Shown here: piece by piece, positions 25,456-35,645 of the stretch
Layout of the letters: each line of letters starts with the position of its first letter
How positions within the stretch are numbered: position 1 is the first letter of the stretch
Virus record (IMG/VR): IMGVR_UViG_3300045256_000753
Span: 1-64,000 of that record
DNA length: 64,000 nt
From: a virus
Strand: one strand, 5' to 3'
Position numbers and translations under genes: made by a program
The notes under the pieces: model-generated
What the model was told of the DNA's origin: nothing
Databases searched by the model: none
The model's input: only the letters and a program-made list of their open reading frames with translations

Positions 25456-28055
25456 CAGACAGCCCTCTTGTCGAGCAGGTTGCCCTTGATGCGGAACACG
25501 GCAGCGGTCGTGGTGTTCTGCGTCAAGTTCGCATTGAAGAACACGCCATCGGTTTCATCGAAGAGCGCGTATCGGATGAGAAGAACGAGCACGAGCTGAC
25601 CGCGATGCCCGAGCGTCGAGTCCGCTGCAAGCTCGCAAATCATCGGGAGCACGTCTTTGTGGCGTTTCGGATCCGAGAGGTCTTGGGCGTAGGCGTTGGG
25701 AACGTATCCGCCCGGCACGGTCTTGAAGTAGCTTCGACCTTCGACGTCGATGTCACCGAGGCCGCGTTGGAAGGTCAGACCCTCCGGGGCTGCGACCATC
25801 GGAATGAACGTCGGGAGACGGAGGAAACCGGTTGTCGCGTTGAACTCTGCGACGGAAACATCTCCGCGCGCCGAGAGTTCGGCTTCGCCCGTATACGTGC
25901 CCGCCGAGGTCGGATAAATTCCGCCCGTCTGCACGTAGGCCATGGGGAACGGATAGCCCTCGTCTTGCGAGCCGCTGCCCGTCGTGATCACGAACATGGC
26001 CGGGCCCACGTACTTCGGGATGACCTGGAGGCTCGTGCCGAGCATCGATCCACGTGCAGCCTGCGGGGCGCGGGCCGCGTAGTAGATCGTCATCTGCTCG
26101 CCGTTTTGCGGCATGGGACGAATGCCCGTGTACGTGATCGTCAGCGTGTCACCGGGGTTCGTGAAGTCCGCCGCGTTGGTGAACGTGACGATGCGTCCGG
26201 TTGCGTCGATGACTGTGCCGCCGACGATGGGCACCGCGTTCTTGAGAACCGACACGATCGTTTGGGCGCGCTCCGGCAAACGGAACGTCGAATCGTTGTT
26301 GACGACCGTATCGGCCGCCTGGATGATCGTGATGTTCGCCGTCTGGTATTCGAGCTGCACTTCACGGTGCGTCGAGTCGATCGCCTGGTTCTGGAAGGAA
26401 CCGAACGAGACAGGGGCGCCGACCGGCATCTGACCGGGGTTGTTGATGAAGAAGCTGTTCGAGCCGAAGGTGTTGGTTGCCGTCTTCGACATGCCCACGC
26501 CGGTCGGGTACTCGATGAGAAGATCGACGTAGAGGGTCTCGTTCGTCAAAGCGAGCGGCGCCACCGTTCCGACTTTCAGCGTCAGAGAGACCGTGGGTAC
26601 GGCACCGAGATTCGTCACGCTGGCGATGTAAGGCATCGCGTTGGTTGTCTTCTTGCCGGCCGCACCCAACCACCAAGCATCCACGATGTCGTGGAGAACG
26701 ACGGTCGCGGGGGCAAAGCTTGCCCAGTTGAATGCGAGGTACGGGTAGATGGGAAGCGCGGTCGGATCGATGGTTCGGGTTGACCCGTTCGCCCATCCGC
26801 CGCCCGGCGCCGGAACAGCGACGGTGACGACTTCCATGATGGCGCGACCCGAGAAGCGTCGCCGCACGGCATCGAACTCGCCGAGGAACTGGCCCACGCC
26901 CGTGGTTCCGGTCGTGATGCCATCACCGCCGTGCGCGTTCGACAAGCCGATCTCGTCTGCGCAGAAGACCGTCGCACCACGGTAACCGCCACCGAACGGA
27001 GAGGTGTCGGTCCAGTCCGTGTAGAGCTGGTTGTCGAAGAGGTACTGGACGCTCTTGTCGAGAATCTCGGTGTACGACCAGCCTGTTGTCGAGACACCCA
27101 GACGAAGATCGATGATGTCTCGTGCAACGAAGACGTCCGCGAAGAGGCCATCCGGACGATCCGAAGGTCCCGGGGTCGCAACGCCACCGTTCTGATTGAG
27201 GCGGCGATCGAAGGCCGTCGTGTTGCGGCGGAAGACCGCAAGGAGCGGGATGGCGTACATGAAGCCGTCCACCGTCCCGAGAGCGTTCGCCGGGTTTCCG
27301 TCGCCGGCTACCCAGAGACCAGGATCGCCGTTCGACGACTGGTTGGTGTACGTGAAGATCGTCGCGTTGCCATCGGGGGTCGCGGCGTTCGGCGGAACCG
27401 ATCGCGCAACGACCGTGGGATCTTCCAACCCGTAGGGATAGGCGAAAACGTCCACGTTCTGAATGACGCGAAGGCGGTACTGGATCTGGACGCGTTTCGT
27501 TGTCTCGGCGCCGACGTTCACATCCTTGAGGTCGTCGGCAAAGTTGAGGACGAGATCGTTGGCCGGATCCGTCTTGACGTTGCCTTGCTGCCAGATGCGG
27601 CCACCGGCGCTCTTGCCGTCCGTGCTCGGCGCAGCGGAGATGAGCTTTCGCCAGACTTCGAGGACGACGAGATCATTGCGTCGCGCGCCTTGTCCGACCG
27701 GACCGGCGCCGAGATCGAGAATGTTCGAACCGGTGTTGTTCGTCTGCTGAATCTTGAGGAGCCAGCCGTTGACGTGGGCAACCAGTCCGTTCGGGACGAT
27801 GAGCTGGTTCGAGATTGCGCTTGCAGTGAAGATCGCCGCAGCCGGGTCCGAGGAGGTGAGGAAGTCGTCCGAGAGCCACCCGCTCGGGATCTGTCGCTTG
27901 AGGCCGGTCTCTGCCTGACCCCCATCGATGTCCTGTCCAAGGTTCAGCTCCTTGTCGAGGACGGGCTTTCCCGCTTGGAAGACTGCTGTCTCCCAATTAC
28001 GCCCCGTGGGGTCGAGGTACCCAGAGACGGCCGGTCCGAAATTCTTCCCACTCAT
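25455..28055 (-). CDS. Virion (baseplate/fibre-attachment) protein, 866 aa; paralog of 11915..16258
   Basis: FQAGKPVLDKELNLGQ N-terminal motif and shared blocks with 11915..16258. Confidence 0.8.
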   Translation of the reverse strand: MSGKNFGPAVSGYLDPTGRNWETAVFQAGKPVLDKELNLGQDIDGGQAETGLKRQIPSGWLSDDFLTSSDPAAAIFTASAISNQLIVPNGLVAHVNGWLLKIQQTNNTGSNILDLGAGPVGQGARRNDLVVLEVWRKLISAAPSTDGKSAGGRIWQQGNVKTDPANDLVLNFADDLKDVNVGAETTKRVQIQYRLRVIQNVDVFAYPYGLEDPTVVARSVPPNAATPDGNATIFTYTNQSSNGDPGLWVAGDGNPANALGTVDGFMYAIPLLAVFRRNTTAFDRRLNQNGGVATPGPSDRPDGLFADVFVARDIIDLRLGVSTTGWSYTEILDKSVQYLFDNQLYTDWTDTSPFGGGYRGATVFCADEIGLSNAHGGDGITTGTTGVGQFLGEFDAVRRRFSGRAIMEVVTVAVPAPGGGWANGSTRTIDPTALPIYPYLAFNWASFAPATVVLHDIVDAWWLGAAGKKTTNAMPYIASVTNLGAVPTVSLTLKVGTVAPLALTNETLYVDLLIEYPTGVGMSKTATNTFGSNSFFINNPGQMPVGAPVSFGSFQNQAIDSTHREVQLEYQTANITIIQAADTVVNNDSTFRLPERAQTIVSVLKNAVPIVGGTVIDATGRIVTFTNAADFTNPGDTLTITYTGIRPMPQNGEQMTIYYAARAPQAARGSMLGTSLQVIPKYVGPAMFVITTGSGSQDEGYPFPMAYVQTGGIYPTSAGTYTGEAELSARGDVSVAEFNATTGFLRLPTFIPMVAAPEGLTFQRGLGDIDVEGRSYFKTVPGGYVPNAYAQDLSDPKRHKDVLPMICELAADSTLGHRGQLVLVLLIRYALFDETDGVFFNANLTQNTTTAAVFRIKGNLLDKRAV

Positions 28056-28065
28056 CTCGCGGTCC

Positions 28066-28728
28066 TCAGAAGGTCAGACGCCACACGATGGTGAGCGTCG
28101 AGGTCGGGGGCTTGTTGATCACCGGGAAGGTCAGGTAGTTGACCAGAGTGTCGAACTGCGTGAGATCCACGGTCGGGTTGTACGACCCGTTGGGAGGCAT
28201 CACGGGGTTGCGGATGCTCATGTTCGAGTTGATGTTGCCGCCAAGGAGGCCCATCTCGTCGAGCGGGCCGACCGCTTCGGCTTCGGCGAAGGTCGTCGTG
28301 AAGTCCACGACGTGGGTCGGAATCGCCGTGGGAACACCGCCCGCATCGACGAAGGCCGTGCTGGCGAACGTCTTTCGAGCGAGTTCGCTCCACAACGACC
28401 GCTGAGTGTTCGTGGCTGCCGGAGGGGACATCGGGTTCCAGCCGACGTCGCCGGTTCCAACCGCCAAGGCGAAGATGCCGTGCGGCGGCTCCTGGTTGTT
28501 CTTCATCAAGCGGGCGATGAGGATGGACGCGTCGAGCACGACCAGGTTGCGAAGTTCGCGATGTTCTTGGAGTTCTCCGGACTTCCCGTCGTGGAGATCG
28601 AGGAAGACATCGCCACGGATCTTGTATCCGCCGCTCTTGAAGTCCTCTTGGCAAAAGGGGCGCACCGCGAAGGCGGGCGGCGTCACCTCTTGAACTCGGC
28701 GAAAGGCCTCGCCGTTCTTCATCTTCAT
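28066..28728 (-). CDS. Baseplate wedge / tail-collar-like protein
   Basis: ALAVGTG...LWSELARK...FTTTFAEAEAVGPLDEMGLLGG...LTIVWRLTF is a recognisable phage baseplate small-protein pattern. Confidence 0.7.
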   Translation of the reverse strand: MKMKNGEAFRRVQEVTPPAFAVRPFCQEDFKSGGYKIRGDVFLDLHDGKSGELQEHRELRNLVVLDASILIARLMKNNQEPPHGIFALAVGTGDVGWNPMSPPAATNTQRSLWSELARKTFASTAFVDAGGVPTAIPTHVVDFTTTFAEAEAVGPLDEMGLLGGNINSNMSIRNPVMPPNGSYNPTVDLTQFDTLVNYLTFPVINKPPTSTLTIVWRLTF

Positions 28729-28730
28729 CT

Positions 28731-28763
28731 CCTCCGTTCAAACGGAGGCTTTCATAAGAAGAA
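28731..28763 (-). promoter_or_regulatory. Candidate late promoter TTCTTCTTAT plus RBS-occluding hairpin
   Basis: TTCTTCTTAT-GAAAG-CCTCCGTT-TG-AACGGAGG-AG-ATG. Confidence 0.6.
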
Positions 28764-28772
28764 ACAGGCGAC

Positions 28773-30050
28773 CTAGGTGGGTGTGGCCTTCACTGTGGAA
28801 TTGCCCGGCAAAGTAGCCGCGATGGCCTGTCGAGTCGTCGGCTTGGCGACCGCCATGCCGGAGTCAGCAACCAGGTGCTCGTGCAACACGATGATGGTGT
28901 TCGGGCCGGCAGGGATCGGACCAGCCGCGTTGTTGGCGGTGATGAACACCGGAGGCGTGACCAAACCCGTGTTATTGAAGAGGTACCAAGCCGTGTCGTT
29001 GAGGAGTGCGACTTGGGAGGGGTCAAACGGCTGCCGGAGGACGACCGAACATGATGTGTCATCGGCAGGCGGAACCACATCCACGGTGAGCTGCGGCGAG
29101 AACCCAAGGTCGAACTTGGCCTCGAAGTTTCGGGGGAAGGGCGCCCAAAGGACCGAGGTCGCTCCGATTGTCGTGTGAACTGCCCCGCCGAACGTATACA
29201 GGGTCGGCGGGTCGATGGGCTGCGGGGGCGTGTAGGTGTCGTACGCCCGTGTGCAAACATCCACCTCATCGACCTGGATGATCGAGTTGCCGATGGGGGT
29301 GATGAGGGCCGGCGAGAAGAACACGAGCCCAGCGTGGAGCCCGTAAAGCCCGCCCTGAACCTCTCCCGAGAAAGCGTCGATCGGTATGGCTACGGTCCCA
29401 ACGCCCGAAACCCACTGGAATGCCGACGACGCCGGGCTGACCGATTCGTTCGTTTCGGTTTTGACCGAAGCCGAAACGGTCAACTGGTAGAAGGCCTCGT
29501 CGTGTAGAGCAGACCCCAAGATGAGGATGACCGATAGCGGATGGGTCGCTTGCTCCGGCGTGGCGGATAGTACGGTGACGGAGGTCCCCGCCAGGTCCGT
29601 GAGCGTGTAGTTCGCTGGATTCGAGAGGTTCGAATCATTCAACATGGGCACGTCGAAGACGGCCCTCACGCGCGTAGGCGAGGTCGCGACGGCGAAGAAG
29701 GACGGCGTAGTCGAGATGCCGTTGAACGTCGCCTCGTTGTTGTTGATGTCGAGGAGCTGACCGTTGAGGGACTTGCCCTGCTGGACTGAGACTGTATATA
29801 CACCCGCTGCTTGGGGAGCGGTCCCCAAGACGACCGTCTGCGCGCTTTCCTGGGCGACGGAGTTGACGACCAGGCCGGGCGAGATTGTGTAGTTGGCCGC
29901 ATTGAGGATGGGGCCGAACGTGAAATCGATGAGGTCTGTGAAGCGGACACGGACAGACGTGTGCGAGAGAGCAATCGCGCTCTCGACCGCAAAGGGCGGA
30001 TTGCCTCCTCCGAGGGAACTACCGCCTAGACCGCCGCCACCAAGACCCAT
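28773..30050 (-). CDS. Virion protein with two Ig-like domains
   Basis: VRVRFTD...NAANYTI and VRAVFDVPM...NPANYTL repeats. Confidence 0.7.
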   Translation of the reverse strand: MGLGGGGLGGSSLGGGNPPFAVESAIALSHTSVRVRFTDLIDFTFGPILNAANYTISPGLVVNSVAQESAQTVVLGTAPQAAGVYTVSVQQGKSLNGQLLDINNNEATFNGISTTPSFFAVATSPTRVRAVFDVPMLNDSNLSNPANYTLTDLAGTSVTVLSATPEQATHPLSVILILGSALHDEAFYQLTVSASVKTETNESVSPASSAFQWVSGVGTVAIPIDAFSGEVQGGLYGLHAGLVFFSPALITPIGNSIIQVDEVDVCTRAYDTYTPPQPIDPPTLYTFGGAVHTTIGATSVLWAPFPRNFEAKFDLGFSPQLTVDVVPPADDTSCSVVLRQPFDPSQVALLNDTAWYLFNNTGLVTPPVFITANNAAGPIPAGPNTIIVLHEHLVADSGMAVAKPTTRQAIAATLPGNSTVKATPT

Positions 30051-30058
30051 ACTTCCTC

Positions 30059-33000
30059 TCAGCTATCGATGAAAACCTGGACCGTGGCCGTTGCCGGGTC
30101 GCGGACCAAGCGATAAACGTGGTAGTTGCCGTCGTTGAAGTCGAAGGGCAACCCGCCCACGACCAAGAGGCTGTTGAGATCGTAGACGAGGACATAACGC
30201 TGTCCAAGTGGGCTGGTCACGAAGGCGAGTGCCATCGTGAGGCCCGGCGATGAGAAGCCAAAGCGGATGTGCGAATCGCCCAAGCCCCCGCTCGCGTCGT
30301 TCAAGACCTTGAGGCGGAACTTCACCTCTGTCTGAAGAGAGATCTGGTCGGTCAGTGGCGTCGCGTTCCGGTAGATCGTTCGCGTTCCCGTGGGATCGGT
30401 TCCGTACGTCAGGATGCCAGCAAACGCCGTGGCGAACGCATGCGAATCGTCGTCGCTTTGGCGCGACCACGGGGTTGGGGCACTCGTGTCGTTTTCCGGA
30501 AGAACATCGCCCGTGTAGGTCAAACACGTCGTGTGCTGGAAGGATAGCGTGCCGAGATCGATCGGGTTCGTTTCGTCATCGAACGGGGCGATGTGGTTCG
30601 GCTCGCCAGTGTCTCGCTCGATGACCTGGAGGGAGTTGTAGAGGACGTCGTTTGGAACCAGTAGTTCCACGCGCTGCTCGGACTCGTTCATGACGAACGA
30701 TTGCGAATTGAGCAGATCCTCCGGACGGTTGAAGCCGACCACCGAGACGAGCTGGGGCGTCGGGCGACGAACTTCGTACGTCTGCGTGCTCGGCACGAGA
30801 GGGGTGCCCTCGTTGAGCAGCGTGTAGGCCTGGAGGTTCGTGTTCTTCAGGAAGTCCGGATCCGTTTGCGGCGGGATACCTTCCGACTCACTCCAGAAAT
30901 CGGTGTGCGAGTGCGGGATGTTCGTCAGGTGGTGCTCGAACGACGCCATCACGTTGCGCTGGTTCATCACCTGGTGATGGGGGACGATCTGCAATTCCGA
31001 CTGCGGCCGAGTGATGCCGTAGCGAACGTAGTCCCAGGCGGTCTGAGACAAGTTCATCGGATCGAATGCGCCCCAGACCATCGAGGGCAAGCCTCCCGCC
31101 AGCCCGGACGGAAGACCAGCGGAGCTGGGGGGAAGGAGAGAATTGTTGTAGTCGAGCGCGATGAGCGGAAGCGGTTGCGTATCGAGGAAGAGGGCGACTC
31201 CGCCCGAGGGGTCTCGGAGGAGACGATACCGGTGCGGCGTCGTCCAATCGACATCCTTTGGGATTCGATAATCGACGGCAGACGGCTGGAACGGGAAGGG
31301 CGCGGTGATCGTCAAGTTGTTGGCATCGACAACTGTCGCGACCCTGTACACGCCCTCGTTGGGTCCGACATCGACCACGATGTCATCGCCGATCGCGACG
31401 CCCGCAGTGAGGAAGTTCACGTTGGTGTCGGTGAGCGTGTTTCCAACGATCGTCGCACCCCGACCTCCCGCCTTGAGGGGAAGGTGGTAGCCGATGAGCG
31501 AGTTTGGGTTGGTTCCCTTCCAAATGCCCACGTAATGGTGAGCAACCGTGTTCACGCGCCACACGTTGCAGTAGGCCCAATCGGCCACCGACGTGGACTG
31601 GACGCTGATCGGAGTGGTAGAGCCGAAAGAGATGACACCGACTGCGGACGGCGCCGGCACGCTGAAGCTGCTGTAGGCGGCCGTTCCGATCAACACCGTG
31701 TCGATGAAGAGCGTGACGAGGTTTCCGCCCGTGCTCTTGACCATGCGGTACGTGTGGAATTGACCGTCGTCCCAATTGAACGCGAAGTTGGCGACGACCG
31801 TTCCTTCCGAGTGAAGCGCGACCGATTTGACGCCGGCCACGTCTCGAAGGATCACGCCAAGATCGCGAAGGCTGTCGTAGACCTCGCCGTTGACGCCAGC
31901 AAAACCTCCGACGTCCGCCGCGTGCGAATTCACCCGCACGCGGAACTCCAGGACGTAATCGTTCAGGGACGAAACGACGCGGGTTGTGGCGCTCGGGGTC
32001 GAGGTGTCGTCGATGAAGTAGAGAAGGCCGTCCGTCGTGCTGCCATCGGTGATCCGCAGGATCTGGCCGACCATGCTCGGGGTCTCTCCGCCGAGCTTGC
32101 TCCACGTGTACGGTTGGAACGCATCCGGGAAAGACCGCCCGCCGTAGGAAAAGAGGGGCGAAGACGTGTCCGGGAAGAAGCACGTCTGGATGAGAAGGTT
32201 CCCGTCATCGACGGCGAACATCGCAGCATTCGGGGCGATACCGTGCGTGAACGTGCGGAGCTGGACGTTCACATCCAGAGCGACGCTGGAAGCTGCTTGG
32301 AGTAGCGGTTCGAGACGAACGAACCCTCGGAAGTCCCCATCGACGAGGCCGGCCAGCGTTTCGGTCGGTTGATCGGTCGCGCTCGTCGAATCGAGAATGA
32401 GGAGATCGTCGTTGAGGATGGTTTCCGTACCGTGCGAACCAACCGGAGTCCACGGCATCGTGGCCTGCTCGGGCAGGATGTCCGCTTCGTACGTGACGAA
32501 AACAGACGGTGCGCTTTGAGCCGGGTTCGTCGGGAGGATTTCGTAACGGAGAAAGTCCCAGGCCGTCGTGTTTGCCACGAGCCGCGACATCGATCCGAAG
32601 AAGACGCCTTGCAATTCGTTGAAGGGTTCGTTCAGCTCAGAGAGGAACGGAAGCTCGTCTTCGAGGACACGAAGCGTGTTGACGACGCTGCCGTCCACGA
32701 ACACGTGGATGATGCCGGACGTGTCCTGGAAGAGGCGGTAGCTGTGGATGATGGACCAATCGAAGGGGACAGGGGCGTTCGTGGGGTTGCCGCTGCCATC
32801 GACACCACCGGTCCAAGCGGAGATGTTTGACGGATCGTTTCCGGCGCCGGCCTTGAGGATGCCGATCTTCTTCGTGCCGGCATCGTCGAGGAAGCCGACG
32901 ACCACACACTTCTCACCGTCCGAGAATCCGGCTGCAACGCCCGTGAAAACGCCATCCGTCGTCGGCGTGGCCGTGAGGGTCATGCGCCAAGAGGACGCAA

Positions 33001-34840
33001 AGACGTGCGGGAACGTGAGATCGATCGGCCGCGTCCAGAAGATGGGCTCGCCCGTGGGGAACGGACCCGGGGAATTCGCCGAGACGATCAGTTCGTTGTT
33101 GACGATGTTCGCCGAGCCAGACCCGTGAAGCGTCCAAGGGTTCGTCGGCTCGTTTTGGGGAAGAACCGTCGCCTGGTAGTTGATGAAGACGGGTTCGAGC
33201 GGGCGGGAGAGGGGCGGGAACGCAATCCGCTGCGTGGGCGAGTTGAACAGCAGGAGGTGTGGGTCGTTCATGACCGCCGTGTACGCACGCTCGTAAGCGC
33301 GGTACTTCAAGTCGCGCTGGAGGGGCTGCGCGAGAACAGCCCGCATGTCGAGCGGAACGAACGACGACGGCTGCACCATCGTGTTGTTGAAGCGGTACTT
33401 GTGACGGCTGGGATCGTTCGGCCGACCGACGTCCCGATTCCAGTTGTTGAATCGGAATTCCCGCGAGTTCATGCGCCGGAAATCCACGGTGGGGTTGGCC
33501 ATCCAGTGGTAGTCCACGGCAACGGTCGAACCGTGCGCCGGCGGGGAGGCCATCACGATCTGACCGAGAAGGCCGATGACCGATTGAGCCGGAGTGGGCA
33601 CGCCGTTGATGCGCACCGTGACGTCCAGGGGATCGTCCGCGATTTCCCCATCCCGAGGATCGAAGACTTCCCATGTGATGGAGCCGTTCGAAGGATCGGG
33701 CAGATGGAAGCTCGCGGTCACTTTCGCTCTCGTGGCGCTGACAATCGACTTGATGAGGTAGGTGCCGCCGTTGGTTGCGGTGCCCGTGAGCTTCAGACTG
33801 AGCCCCACCATCGACGGAACGAGTGAAGCCGTGGGCATGCTCACGGTCGTCGCATCGAGGATGGTGGCCGTTGCGCCCGTTTGGAGGCTGAGCGGCGGCT
33901 TCGTGATCGGTCCCTTGTTCACGAAGATGCTGCGTGCCGTCAGAGGCAAGGAGCCCGTGAAGACCGCCTGGTTGAAGGTCGGGTCCATCGGGTTGCCGGA
34001 GCTGTCGTGCGGCGTTCCGTTTGCGTTGACCGTAACCGTGTAAGAGCCCGCACCCATGCCGATCGTGGTGAGCAGCACCTGGTTCGGCGACAGCGTGTTC
34101 ACCGAGACGACCTTGACCGACGTGGGTCCCGTCACCGTGTATTCGGTGGGGTTCGTCAGCGTCGGGTTGTCGAGCATCGGATCCGTAAACGTGACGACGA
34201 TCTGACCGTCAGCGAACGGCGTTGCCGAAACGACTTGGGGTTTCGGGGCAACGCCGATGAAGAGAGAATCGAAGCTGACGAGGTTGCCCGACTGCGCCTC
34301 GTGCAGGTCTTCCGCGTGGAGCGTGTAGAAGCCCGCGTTCGTGAGCTTGGTCGTCTCCATCGTCACGCCGGTGACTGCCGTCGTGATGTGCCACGGGATC
34401 GTCCCGTTCATCGGATCCGAAACGATGAGCGGCTTGTCCACTGTCACCACGCCCGGAGACGGGACCCCCGTGATTCGCAAGAAGTCGGTGGGGTTCAGAG
34501 GGCTGCCGAGGAAGACATAGTTGCCGACTTGGAGCGCGACGTTGTTCCCGGTCGGTAGAGACACCGTGTGCGGATCCACAACCGTGGCGTCGGCGCCGCT
34601 CTGAAGGAGCGCGATCTCTGCATCGATTCGAATGATCGAGACCGGGAAGGCTCCGTTGCCCGAAGCGAGGATGGCGTAGTTCCCGAGGTCGGCGATCCCA
34701 TCAACTCGAAGTTGCGTGTCGAAGACGACCGTGACGGTCGTTCCGTTCGACGTGATTGCGTGGAATGGAGGCGAGCCGCCGTAATGGCTGTCGCCATAGC
34801 GGTCCCCACCGAATGCTCCGAGCAGTGCGTCAGAAGTCAC
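30059..34840 (-). CDS. Large virion protein with Ig-like and repeated lectin-like (ConA/LamG-type) domains, 1593 aa
   Basis: VTFTDPM...NPTEYTV Ig-like unit; four repeats of the form FDWSIIHSYRL, FNWDDGQFHTYRM, VDWTTPHRYRL, FDFNDGNYHVYRL. Confidence 0.7.
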   Translation of the reverse strand: MTSDALLGAFGGDRYGDSHYGGSPPFHAITSNGTTVTVVFDTQLRVDGIADLGNYAILASGNGAFPVSIIRIDAEIALLQSGADATVVDPHTVSLPTGNNVALQVGNYVFLGSPLNPTDFLRITGVPSPGVVTVDKPLIVSDPMNGTIPWHITTAVTGVTMETTKLTNAGFYTLHAEDLHEAQSGNLVSFDSLFIGVAPKPQVVSATPFADGQIVVTFTDPMLDNPTLTNPTEYTVTGPTSVKVVSVNTLSPNQVLLTTIGMGAGSYTVTVNANGTPHDSSGNPMDPTFNQAVFTGSLPLTARSIFVNKGPITKPPLSLQTGATATILDATTVSMPTASLVPSMVGLSLKLTGTATNGGTYLIKSIVSATRAKVTASFHLPDPSNGSITWEVFDPRDGEIADDPLDVTVRINGVPTPAQSVIGLLGQIVMASPPAHGSTVAVDYHWMANPTVDFRRMNSREFRFNNWNRDVGRPNDPSRHKYRFNNTMVQPSSFVPLDMRAVLAQPLQRDLKYRAYERAYTAVMNDPHLLLFNSPTQRIAFPPLSRPLEPVFINYQATVLPQNEPTNPWTLHGSGSANIVNNELIVSANSPGPFPTGEPIFWTRPIDLTFPHVFASSWRMTLTATPTTDGVFTGVAAGFSDGEKCVVVGFLDDAGTKKIGILKAGAGNDPSNISAWTGGVDGSGNPTNAPVPFDWSIIHSYRLFQDTSGIIHVFVDGSVVNTLRVLEDELPFLSELNEPFNELQGVFFGSMSRLVANTTAWDFLRYEILPTNPAQSAPSVFVTYEADILPEQATMPWTPVGSHGTETILNDDLLILDSTSATDQPTETLAGLVDGDFRGFVRLEPLLQAASSVALDVNVQLRTFTHGIAPNAAMFAVDDGNLLIQTCFFPDTSSPLFSYGGRSFPDAFQPYTWSKLGGETPSMVGQILRITDGSTTDGLLYFIDDTSTPSATTRVVSSLNDYVLEFRVRVNSHAADVGGFAGVNGEVYDSLRDLGVILRDVAGVKSVALHSEGTVVANFAFNWDDGQFHTYRMVKSTGGNLVTLFIDTVLIGTAAYSSFSVPAPSAVGVISFGSTTPISVQSTSVADWAYCNVWRVNTVAHHYVGIWKGTNPNSLIGYHLPLKAGGRGATIVGNTLTDTNVNFLTAGVAIGDDIVVDVGPNEGVYRVATVVDANNLTITAPFPFQPSAVDYRIPKDVDWTTPHRYRLLRDPSGGVALFLDTQPLPLIALDYNNSLLPPSSAGLPSGLAGGLPSMVWGAFDPMNLSQTAWDYVRYGITRPQSELQIVPHHQVMNQRNVMASFEHHLTNIPHSHTDFWSESEGIPPQTDPDFLKNTNLQAYTLLNEGTPLVPSTQTYEVRRPTPQLVSVVGFNRPEDLLNSQSFVMNESEQRVELLVPNDVLYNSLQVIERDTGEPNHIAPFDDETNPIDLGTLSFQHTTCLTYTGDVLPENDTSAPTPWSRQSDDDSHAFATAFAGILTYGTDPTGTRTIYRNATPLTDQISLQTEVKFRLKVLNDASGGLGDSHIRFGFSSPGLTMALAFVTSPLGQRYVLVYDLNSLLVVGGLPFDFNDGNYHVYRLVRDPATATVQVFIDS

Positions 34841-35645
34841 CGGAGTGGTCCTCCCCTTGCACGGCTTGGTTCACCTTCTTGCCAAGACGATCCCGATTCT
34901 TGATGCCGCCCCAGTACGATCGGAAGTCTTCGTAGTAGTACGCGCCGAGCGTCCACTTCATCGCATCGAGGATGATGTGAAAGACGTCATTCGGGATGTA
35001 CGTGTCCGTGAAGATGTAGCGGATGCGGAAGATCGTGTGCGCCGGTCGAACGAGATCGAGAACGATGCGTGTCGCCGTGTCGTTGGCAAAGACATCGGGC
35101 GGGAAGCCGCCGCCCGGAGGCGCGGTCACGTCCACCTGAAACGTGAACTCGTCGGAGATGTCGTAGCCGGATGCCCCTTGTCGAACGAGGAGGAAATCTT
35201 CCGTCACCTTCACGTTGCCCGTAAAGAATTGACCGACAGCATCGGCCATCGACTTGGGGACCGATCCCTGAAAGTAGATCCGAATGAGGTTGAGGAGGAA
35301 GTTGCGGAAGGTCTCGTCGTCCCAATCGAGCGGCGGGATCTTGCTGTTGACGAGAACCAGGTACCCGATGATCGAGTAGAGGAAGTCGGAGCGGGTCGTC
35401 GCGAACTGGCGGTCGCGATCGACGTCTTCGAGGGCAAGCTCGATACGAGCAAGCTCGACGGCCATCGCCTTGAGAGCGTTCGTGTAGTTCGGGCCCTGCA
35501 CGGCCGAGATGTAGTTCGACGGAAGCAGGTTGAGCAGCGTCGTGAAGATGGTCTGCGCCCTTTGGAGCAGGCGAAGGTTGTATTCCTTCCCTTTCTGCTC
35601 TGTCGTGTAGTTGAGTCGGCTCGGGTCGAACTGGAAGCGGGCCAT
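34830..35645 (-). CDS. Baseplate wedge protein (P2 gpI / T4 gp7-like position)
   Basis: LLPSNY N-terminus, DDETFRNFL and LDLVRPAHT motifs; follows baseplate J. Confidence 0.75.
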   Translation of the reverse strand: MARFQFDPSRLNYTTEQKGKEYNLRLLQRAQTIFTTLLNLLPSNYISAVQGPNYTNALKAMAVELARIELALEDVDRDRQFATTRSDFLYSIIGYLVLVNSKIPPLDWDDETFRNFLLNLIRIYFQGSVPKSMADAVGQFFTGNVKVTEDFLLVRQGASGYDISDEFTFQVDVTAPPGGGFPPDVFANDTATRIVLDLVRPAHTIFRIRYIFTDTYIPNDVFHIILDAMKWTLGAYYYEDFRSYWGGIKNRDRLGKKVNQAVQGEDHSGDF

